Shown here: piece after piece, positions 1-7,800 of the stretch | How the letters are laid out: each line of letters opens with the position of its first letter | Position numbering within the stretch: the stretch's first letter is position 1 | Source: an uncultured delta proteobacterium | GTDB taxonomy: Bacteria > Desulfobacterota > RBG-13-43-22 | Reading direction: 5' to 3' | NCBI GenBank assembly: GCA_963711835.1 | Contig: CAVQFQ010000005.1 | Location: 192,001-256,000, forward strand | Length of the DNA: 64,000 bases | Program-made: the position numbers and the translations under genes | The notes under the pieces: model-generated | The model's input: the letters and a program-made list of their open reading frames with translations, nothing else | Databases searched by the model: none | What the model was told of the DNA's origin: nothing

Positions 1-319
1 CATCAACATTTATTTGTAGAATCTTCCCTGCTCAGTTGAATACTGATCATCGACCGACCGTTGAAAGTTGACTGACCATGCGAAAACGTTCCGATTTGAA
101 TCCGGCTTCCTCAAGGAGTCTTGTTGCAAGATCCACTGATTCTGCAGCAACAACAAAATCAACATCTTGAGTGACCATGGCTTCAGCCGCCCAATGATTA
201 ACGGCTACGCCGCCGATTGCGCACCATACAAGATCCGCTCGCTCGAGACAATCGACCAAACGCATGACATCGTCTGTGCCACCTGCCGTCTGCCAATCAA
301 AAAATTGTTTTGGTGTCAT
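1..319 (-). CDS. Nucleotidyltransferase-fold protein, frameshifted near nt 80 and probably running off the window start
   Basis: MTPKQFF...AIGGVAVNHW...TQDVDFVV has the GG...DxD motif of minimal nucleotidyltransferases; reading appears to continue in another frame (AWSVNFNGRSMISIQLS). Confidence 0.65.
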
Positions 320-420
320 GTTGTGATCCTTGATTAAATTTTTTTGGACACCCCATCGCCAATACCAATGCACGCCTCAGATTCTGCGTACCTCGCCTGG
401 AGAAATTGGACAGGCTACCC

Positions 421-822
421 TTATTCTCTACTCCAGTTCTCTATCTTCAATCCTTTTATCTTGCCGAAGTGTTTTTCGTTATTCGTTACCAATGTGTAAT
501 TCATGGTCATAGCAGTGGAAGCAATTAATAAATCCATATCATCGATAGGACTGCCTATTTTTTGGATGGTGACTTTGACGGCACTAAACGTTTCCATTAC
601 GGCTTTATCTATTCCGATAATAGGAAACAGCTCCTTAATCCTATAAACAACGGCCAGGTTCTTCTCTACATTTCTTGACTTCTTGGCCCCGTAAAGCAAT
701 TCGCCGTAGGTAATGACCGAAATGGCCTTGGGGATATTCTCGTTCAGCGAAAAGCGATTTTGAACGATGGCATCACCTTTTAAGCTATAAATGATAATAT
801 CGGTATCAATCAAATAGGACAT
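421..822 (-). CDS. vapC: PIN-domain toxin, VapC family
   Basis: YLIDTDIII, TYGELLYGA, DMDLLIASTA, LVTNNEKHF are PIN acidic motifs; overlaps upstream antitoxin. Confidence 0.93.
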   Translation of the reverse strand: MSYLIDTDIIIYSLKGDAIVQNRFSLNENIPKAISVITYGELLYGAKKSRNVEKNLAVVYRIKELFPIIGIDKAVMETFSAVKVTIQKIGSPIDDMDLLIASTAMTMNYTLVTNNEKHFGKIKGLKIENWSRE

Positions 823-1084
823 TTTGCGCCTCGAATCGCTTGCTGTTCCTTCTATTCTTCTTGATGTCCTTAACTATTTCATCAGCAGTCCGGTTGTCAG
901 CCCAGGAACCCGATAAAGAAAGAAACTCCCGAGTGGGGTTGTTCTTAAAACCCACCGGATTCGATAAATATTTTTCTAAAATCGAAATAACCTCCTGACT
1001 TAAAGAACGATTTTCCGATTTAGCCAGATTTTTCAAGGAAGAGTATAATCGATCGTCGATGTCTCGTACCTGCAATATAGCCAT
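806..1084 (-). CDS. FitA/VapB-like ribbon-helix-helix antitoxin
   Basis: MAILQVRDIDDRLYSSLKNLAKSENRSLSQEV RHH signature; GGAGGT SD before ATG at 1084; coupled to PIN gene. Confidence 0.88.
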   Translation of the reverse strand: MAILQVRDIDDRLYSSLKNLAKSENRSLSQEVISILEKYLSNPVGFKNNPTREFLSLSGSWADNRTADEIVKDIKKNRRNSKRFEAQNVLFD

Positions 1085-1103
1085 GATATCACCTCCGGAT
1101 AAC

Positions 1104-1132
1104 AATATGAGCTAATCTTCATGAAATGTCAA
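1104..1132 (-). promoter_or_regulatory. Sigma70-type promoter of the vapBC-like operon
   Basis: Minus strand TTGACA-17 bp-CATATT upstream of the SD. Confidence 0.6.
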
Positions 1133-1175
1133 TCAAAATACATGCAAGAGAGGTCATTTTCTATCGCCTTCATGG

Positions 1176-1469
1176 CTATTCGGTGTGCAAGGCATCAAGA
1201 ACAGCACTGGGATTTCTTGATGCGATGCGCAACAATGCCTTCGCCGGGCCTTCTGGTGTTCTTCGGCCTTGCTCCCAATTTTGCAGAGTTCGAACGCTAA
1301 CTCCTATCATAAGGGCGAAATCATTTTGTGAAACATTGAGTTTGTCTCGCACAGTCTTGATTTCCGGCGGTTTGATTTCATACATACGACTTGGCGCTTT
1401 ACGGCCAGCCTTGATCTCGCCAGCTTCTTTAATGCTGGCAGCCAGCCTTTCAAAATGGTCCTTTCTCAT
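1176..1469 (-). CDS. higA: HigA-like XRE HTH antitoxin (NadS-like)
   Basis: VSQNDFALMIGVSVRTLQNWEQGRRTPEGPAKALL; lies downstream of RelE-type toxin with 4-nt overlap. Confidence 0.9.
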   Translation of the reverse strand: MRKDHFERLAASIKEAGEIKAGRKAPSRMYEIKPPEIKTVRDKLNVSQNDFALMIGVSVRTLQNWEQGRRTPEGPAKALLRIASRNPSAVLDALHTE

Positions 1470-1780
1470 GATAACGACTCCTTGACCATCCCACGGAGCA
1501 GTTTGAGCTGGTCCGTGGTCAGGTCTTCTTGTTTATTTTTTCGGTATGGGAAAAGCATGAAGATGCTATCTGGAGGACTCCAATAGTAAATGACTCGCAG
1601 TGCCCCTCGTTTCCCAGAATCTGGAAGATTCCAGCGGATTTTCCTCAAGCCCCCACCACCTCGGATTAAAATTCCAGCATCCGGCCGCAGCATCAGGGTG
1701 GTCTGGAGCATCCTGTAGCTCTCATCAGGAAGTAGTAGCTGAATCTCCTTCGTGAAGATTGAGGTTTCGATGAAGATCAT
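1466..1780 (-). CDS. higB: HigB-2/RelE-family toxin
   Basis: MIFIETSIFTK...PDAGILIRGGGGLRKIRW...GKRGALRVIYYW...YRKNKQEDLT; toxin-first gene order. Confidence 0.9.
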   Translation of the reverse strand: MIFIETSIFTKEIQLLLPDESYRMLQTTLMLRPDAGILIRGGGGLRKIRWNLPDSGKRGALRVIYYWSPPDSIFMLFPYRKNKQEDLTTDQLKLLRGMVKESLS

Positions 1781-1786
1781 GGTGAC

Positions 1787-1814
1787 ATGATACGCCATTG
1801 GCGTATTTTGTCAA
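1787..1814 (-). promoter_or_regulatory. higBA promoter with palindromic operator, probably leaderless transcript
   Basis: Minus strand TTGACA-16 bp-TATCAT-6 bp-ATG; palindrome TACGCCA-T-TGGCGTA at 1791-1805. Confidence 0.75.
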
Positions 1815-2127
1815 GTTTGGTAGTCCCGATCAAGCTGTTTAATGTTTTTCAATTAGCTTGTATATTACAGGGACGATTTTGAAATTTAAAAAAGATTGGG
1901 AGAGAAAGTCAAGGGAAATGTTTGAAAAGGCTTGCAAAACGGGTAATAATGGGCTCTAATAACAAGAAGGCGTTGGACCAATTTAAGCGAATCCGGATTG
2001 CCTTCCGGACCGTTAAATTGAGCTGCGCATTGATCTCGTAAACCCCCAAACCTCGGCCTGACGGCTATTCCGCTGAAGTTCATCGCCAGCCTGGTCGGGG
2101 GCTCTCGGGAACGACAAAGGAGGAAAA

Positions 2128-2658
2128 ATGCAAGCACGGGGACCGCTGATGATAGAACATCGTCTCATTGAACGGATGCTGGCTCTAATCCGGCGTACGC
2201 TGGGGGAAACAGAAAAAACAGGGGCCATCGATCCCTTTTTCGTCGACACCTCCGTTGACTTCATCCGGATCTACGCCGACCGCACTCACCACGGGAAAGA
2301 GGAAGACATCCTTTTCAAAAAACTCGAAAAGAAAGGCCTCGCTGATGAGGATGGTCGGGTCATGAAAGAACTGATCGCTGAGCACCTCTTCGGGCGGGAA
2401 ACAACCAAAGCCTTGTCGGAAGCCAATAACCGTTATCGGAAGGGTGAGGAAAAGGCCCTTGGAGAGGTGATCGCCTGTCTCCGTACTCTCGCGGATTTCT
2501 ATCCCAGGCATATTGAAAAAGAGGACAAAGTATTCTTCCCTGCTTCCCGGGCCTACTTCTCTGACGAGGAAGACCAGGCCATGCTGGCCGACTTCTGGGA
2601 GTTCGATCGGAAGATGATACACGAGAAGTACCAGTCGGTCGTCCAGGGCTTGGAGTAG
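2128..2658 (+). CDS. Hemerythrin/HHE cation-binding domain protein
   Basis: EHRLIERML, HHGKEEDILF, EH, HIEKEDKVFFP motifs; AGGAGG SD. Confidence 0.9.
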   Translation: MQARGPLMIEHRLIERMLALIRRTLGETEKTGAIDPFFVDTSVDFIRIYADRTHHGKEEDILFKKLEKKGLADEDGRVMKELIAEHLFGRETTKALSEANNRYRKGEEKALGEVIACLRTLADFYPRHIEKEDKVFFPASRAYFSDEEDQAMLADFWEFDRKMIHEKYQSVVQGLE

Positions 2659-2848
2659 GGGTTGAATACGAAAAGGCGTTTTGTGTTCCGTTCGGCGTTC
2701 GGCGAAAAAAGATTTTCATAATTCGTCGTGCCCTCCCGGACATAAGGGTTTAGCGATGATTTGGTATTCTTCTGTAAAATAAGATACCTTTTCACCCTAT
2801 GAGGACTGAAGAAAGTCGCCACCCTTGGGGTACGGATTATTTACAACT

Positions 2849-4572
2849 ATGACCGTCAAGAAATTACAAAAACTGATCAAGGCCGCCCGTGGCGAAATAC
2901 CGGCCGATTTGGTTTTGAAGGGCGGCAGGGTCGTTAATGTCTTTTCCTGTGAGATCATCGAGGCCGATCTGGCCGTCTGCGATGATACCATCGTCGGGCT
3001 GGGTCGTTACGAAGGCAGGGAAATCATCGACTGCCGCCGGCGCGTCCTCTGCCCGGGTTTTATCGAAGGCCACTTCCATATCGAAAGCTCCATGCTGGTC
3101 CCGCACCATTTGGCGCCGGTGCTCCTGCCCCTGGGGACCACCACGCTCATAGCCGATCCTCACGAGATCGCCAATGTCTTCGGCCTGAAGGGCATTCAGT
3201 TCCTGTTGGACGACAGCGCCCGCCTCCCTCTGGAAATTTATCTCCTGGCCCCTTCCTGCGTACCGGCCACCGACCTGGAGACGGCCGGGGCCTCCTTAAG
3301 CGAAGAAGATCTCCGGCCCCTCAAGCGCAATCGCCGTATCCTGGGTCTGGCTGAGGTCATGAACTTCCCCGGGGTGCTTAAAGGCCGGCCGGACGTTATC
3401 AAAAAAATAGAGGCTTTTAAAAAGAAGGTCATAGACGGCCACGCTCCTTTGCTTACGGGAAAGGATTTATGCGCCTATATTGCCGCGGGGATTCGATCCG
3501 ACCATGAAACCACCCGCCTTGATGAGGCCCGTGAAAAACTGTCCCTGGGCATGCGGGTGATGATTCGCGAGGGAAGCCAGGCCAAAAACCTGGCCGATCT
3601 TCGCCGACTGATTACGCCCTGTAATGCCCGCCGCTGCCTGCTGGTATCGGATGACCGGCACCCGGAAGACCTGCAGCAGGAGGGACATCTGAACTTTATA
3701 GTGAAAAAGGCCATAGGCTTGGGAATCGATCCGGTCTCGGCCATCCAGATGGTCACCCTCAACCCGGCCGAGTATTTCGGGCTTCAGCCATCTGGGAGCC
3801 CTGGCCCCCGGCTACCAGGCCGATATCGTCATCCTGAGTTCCCTGTCCGGACTGGCTATTGAAGCGGTTATTAAAAGAGGTCGATTGGTTGCCCGCCGGG
3901 AAAAATTTCTCGCTGAAAACCCGGAACCGCAAAAATGGCCGTTGGGTCGCTCCATGAACCTCAAAGGGTTTACCTGGGAAAGGCTCCGGATTCCTTTGTC
4001 AGGGAAGGCAGGCCCGGGTCATCGGATTGGTTCCCGGCCAGATACTCACCCGACAGGAACAGGTTCCCGTTTCAGGGAAAAAGGGCTTTATTGATCTGGC
4101 CAAGGAGGAGGACGTGATTCAAATTGCCTCCGTCGAACGCCATCGGGCCACCGGGAATATAGGGCTGGGACTGGTCAGGGGATTCGGCCTGCAGCAAGGG
4201 GCCTTGGCCTCTTCCGTAGCCCATGACTCCCACAACATCCTGGTCATCGGCCGGGATCCGAAAGAGATGTTCCTGGCCGTTCAGGCCGTGGTGGAAATGG
4301 GCGGGGGGCAGGCAGCGGTCCTCGGCCATCGGGTTTTGGGGAAATTACCTTTGCCGGTGGCCGGATTGATGTCCGATCAGGGCCTGGACCAGGTGCTCGA
4401 ACAACAGGAGGCCCTGCTTAAGGCGGCTTCCCTGACCGGCTGCACCTTAGCCAATCCCTTCATGGCCCTCTCCTTCCTGGCCTTGCCCGTGATCCCGGAA
4501 CTCAGGATAACCGATAAGGGGCTGGTGGATGTCAACCGCTTTGAATTAGTCCCCTTGTTTTATGATGTCTGA
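2849..4572 (+). CDS. ade: Adenine deaminase (split by two apparent frameshifts near 3790 and 4010)
   Basis: PGFIEGHFHIESSM, ADPHEIANV, GLAEVMNFPGV, IDGHAP, SDHE, SDDRHP, then ERH...GALASSVAHDSHN...LPVAGLMS...FLALPVIPELRITDKGLVDV. Confidence 0.92.
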
Positions 4573-4608
4573 CGGCCATATCATGAATAGCCCTAAAATA
4601 ATTTCAAA

Positions 4609-4636
4609 CTTTGCGCCCTTTGCGTCTTTGCGGTGA
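4609..4636. repeat. Three tandem CTTTGCG units (8-9 nt period)
   Basis: ctttgcgcc-ctttgcgt-ctttgcggtga in the intergenic spacer. Confidence 0.7.
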
Positions 4637-4646
4637 CAGTTTTTTT

Positions 4647-6252
4647 ATGAATCCAAAAATAGATTCTCATCAGGAAGCGATTGTCCAAGCCTTTTTGGAC
4701 CCTGCCTTTCATCCCAACCATCCCCGAAAGATCACCCATCTCCAGACCCATATCTCCCACATCTTTCTGACCGGCGGTCTGGTCTATAAAATCAAAAAAC
4801 CGGTCAACTTCCACTTCCTTGATTTTAGCACCCTGTCCAAACGCCGCTATTTCTGCCATCAAGAGGTTGCGCTTAACCGCCGTCTGACCCGGGATCTTTA
4901 TCTGGGTGTGACGAAAATCACCCTGGACAAGGGGAAGCCGGCCTTGAACGGGAAAGGACCGGTTGTGGAGTACGCCGTCGCCATGCGGGAGATGCCCCAG
5001 GAGCGGATGATGGACCGCCTGTTGAAATCCGGAAAGGTGGAACCCAGAGAGATCAAAGCCCTGGTTCGACGGCTGGTTCCTTTTTACGCCACGGCCCGAA
5101 CCGGTCGGGGAGTGAATGCCTACGGGCTCCCGAAAGGGATTGCCAAAAATACCGAAGAAAACTTTGAACAGATCCGTCTCTATGTCGGGAAATTGCTTTC
5201 CTCCCGGATGTACCGCCGAATTCGGACCTATAGCCGAAGCTTTCTGGAGCGGAACAGGGACTTGTTCCAAAAGCGCATCGAGGAAGGGCGTATCCGGGAC
5301 TGTCACGGCGATCTCCATTCAGGCAACATTTGCCTGACCAAGAAGGTTCAGATCTATGATTGCATCGAGTTCAATCCCCGCTTCCGTTACTCCGATACGG
5401 CCTGCGACCTGGCCTTTCTGGCCATGGACCTGGATTTTCACGGCTATAAAAATCTCTCCGACATCCTGGTAAAAAGCTATGTCCGCCAGTCAGGCGATAA
5501 GCAACTGCCTCGTTTGATGGATTTTTACAAATGCTACCGGGCCTGTGTCCGGGCCAAGGTCCATTCCCTGGCCTCCGTTGAGCCGGAAATTTCCTTTAAA
5601 GAAAAAAAGGATCATATCCGGCTGGCCAAGAATTATTATCAACTGGCTCACCGCTATGCCTTAAACGATAAGCCCCTTCATCTTGTCGTTTTCTTCGGCC
5701 TCATGGGCAGCGGAAAAACCTCTCTGGCCCGGGCCTTGGCCAAAGAAACGGGCTGGCCCCTGTTCAGCTCTGATGAGATCAGGAAAAAACTGGCTGGTTT
5801 GAACCCATCGGCCCGCCGCTGGGAGCCCTTTGGTAAAGGTATTTACTCTGGAGGAATGTCGCAAAAGACCTATTTAAAAATGAGGCAGGAAGCGGAACGG
5901 TTATTAAAAGAAGGGACAGTCGGTCATCTTAGACGCCTCGTACAGCCAGGAATCGGAACGACTTCCCCTTATGGATCTGGCCGGCCGAACCGGGGCCCGG
6001 CTTCATTTTATCAAATGCCGGGCACCAATAGCCGTCATCCGCCAACGTCTCAACCGGCGGAGCCGGGAAAAGGCCGCCGTCTCCGACGGCCGCTGGGAAA
6101 TTTTTGATCAACAGCGTGGCTCTTTTGAACCGATTAGCGGCCCGATCAAGGAACACCTGATCACCATTCAGACCACGCAGTCCCCCGAAACCCTTTCCAG
6201 CCGCCTTTTCAAAAAAATAGATCAACTTACCCATTACCACTCAAAGCAATAA
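4647..6252 (+). CDS. Aminoglycoside-phosphotransferase-like + AAA_33 P-loop protein (Rv2004c-like), frameshift near 5918
   Basis: LQTHISHIFLTG..YKIKKPV.F.FLDFSTL, RDCHGDLHSGNI, DCIEFN..FRY.D, Walker A GLMGSGKT, C-terminal SDGRWEIFDQQ in shifted frame. Confidence 0.88.
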
Positions 6253-6259
6253 TGGGTGA

Positions 6260-6421
6260 AATTTCTGGAATATAACCGAACCAATTCATCCACAATACCT
6301 GGTGAGCATCATGGTAGATGAGGACCAACAGGTGGTCGAATTTGATGAGGGGAATAATAGTTGGAACCTGACTATCGGGACCGGTGAGTACAGGCCTTAT
6401 TTGCCTATTATTTTAAAGTAA
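6260..6421 (+). pseudogene. C-terminal remnant of a surface protein (CARDB-like end plus YLPIILK tail)
   Basis: Manual translation NFWNITEPIHPQYLVSIMVDEDQQVVEFDEGNNSWNLTIGTGEYRPYLPIILK*; in-frame stop just upstream. Confidence 0.55.
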
Positions 6422-6495
6422 CAAGGGAAGTCTGACTGGATCGGATCCATAGGGTCCTAACTCGCATCAGAGATATTTTATCTATCTGCCAATTA

Positions 6496-6762
6496 TTAGG
6501 GCAGACCTTCTTGTTTCAAAAGGTCATGGGTTCCAACCCGACGGAGTTCGAGGACCCGTTCATAAAAACGGAAAGTCAAGCGGTAACTGCGGCTGACTCG
6601 GATTTCGTATTTATCGGTTCCTTTCAGTTTTTTTAGTCGTAATGAAGGATGGGAGGAATTCTTGAGTAAAAGTTCTAATTGCTTGTCAACCCGGGTTTGG
6701 ATTTCCGAAGGCAACCGGCTATAATCCCTTAGGAAGGATTGGAGTCGTCTAATTTTTGCCAT
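6496..6762 (-). CDS. RelE/ParE-superfamily toxin
   Basis: SFLRDYSRLP...HPSLRLKKLKG...EIRVSRSYRLTF...LRRVGTHD. Confidence 0.88.
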   Translation of the reverse strand: MAKIRRLQSFLRDYSRLPSEIQTRVDKQLELLLKNSSHPSLRLKKLKGTDKYEIRVSRSYRLTFRFYERVLELRRVGTHDLLKQEGLP

Positions 6763-7039
6763 GCAGGTCTCTCAATAGATCATCCAGACCGTCAAACTCC
6801 TTGAACCTCCCCTTCTCAAGGTCTCTATCTGCTTCTTTTTCCTTCCCCTGCCATTCTTCCGTCCAGAACCAGGCTTGGTCCCTGGGGATTTTAACCGTTT
6901 TAACGGGGACCAGATGGACTTTTCGGTTTTTAATCTCGAATTCCACTTCATCACCCGGCTTCAGAACCAGGGCCTCCATGATTGATTTGGGAATGGAAAT
7001 CTGTCTTTTACTGCTGATCTTCATAACCTTCTCTCCCAC
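6749..7039 (-). CDS. AbrB/MazE/SpoVT-family antitoxin
   Basis: KISSKRQISIPKSIMEALVLKPGDEVEF and IPRDQAWFWTEEWQ; overlaps toxin. Confidence 0.9.
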   Translation of the reverse strand: MGEKVMKISSKRQISIPKSIMEALVLKPGDEVEFEIKNRKVHLVPVKTVKIPRDQAWFWTEEWQGKEKEADRDLEKGRFKEFDGLDDLLRDLHGKN

Positions 7040-7049
7040 CTTGTTTTAT

Positions 7050-7081
7050 AGTAAAATAACTTTACCATTTTACTTTGTCAA
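7050..7081 (-). promoter_or_regulatory. TA promoter with inverted-repeat operator
   Basis: Minus strand TTGACA-17-TATTTT; AGTAAAAT...ATTTTACT inverted repeat at 7050-7074. Confidence 0.6.
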
Positions 7082-7212
7082 TCGCAAACTATCCGATCCC
7101 TTAATAGCAAGTCTTAAGCGCTTAACCGGGAAAGCCATTGGGCGGCAGGTATCAGGGAGAGGCCTTTGGCTTGTTCTTCGTGCCGGATTGTGATGACGGA
7201 AATCACCGGCTA

Positions 7213-7689
7213 TCACCTTAGGGCGGCCTGGGTTCTATAATGCCGGTAAAAATCCCGGATGAAGCGTTTAATGTCCTTTCTGCCCTTCAAGGAAAAACCC
7301 AGCGTCTCGATTTTATTAATGACCGCCGTGGCCGGTTCTCCCCCCAAAAATCCGTTGGCCAGCATGATCAGACTGAGACCCAAGGCTTCGTCGTCGGTGT
7401 TGATGATGAACGGGCTGTGGCAGCAGCGGGTAACGAATTTTGAAAAATTGACCACATGCCCGTCATCTATGCGGCAGGCTTCCAGGTCGCATTCTTCAAC
7501 CGGGATGTGGGTGTAACGCATCCCGGCCCGGCGGACCTTGCGGGCCAGCTCCTTATCCAGGAGCGCCGCCGGCATAATGTCCAGGACCATCTTGTAGCCT
7601 TGCTTGGAGAGCTGGAGCAGATCCTCAGGCCTGGGTCTGCCCAACAGGATAGCGTCCTTCTCCAACTTGACCTGTTTAAAAAAATACAC
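7213..7689 (-). CDS. PTP/DUF442-like phosphatase-fold protein lacking the catalytic CX5R motif
   Basis: GRPRPEDLLQLSKQGYKMVLDI...AGMRYTHIPV resembles DUF442/DSP proteins; PFIINTDDEALG replaces PVLxHCxxGxR. Confidence 0.6.
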   Translation of the reverse strand: MYFFKQVKLEKDAILLGRPRPEDLLQLSKQGYKMVLDIMPAALLDKELARKVRRAGMRYTHIPVEECDLEACRIDDGHVVNFSKFVTRCCHSPFIINTDDEALGLSLIMLANGFLGGEPATAVINKIETLGFSLKGRKDIKRFIRDFYRHYRTQAALR

Positions 7690-7800
7690 GGTTAGGACCT
7701 CCTCTTCTCCAGGGATTTCTTTGACTTTCCCTAAAAACCATGATAGCCTATACTATAATAGAAAAATTAAAAACGGTTTGCAACCTTAGATGGAGGGAAC

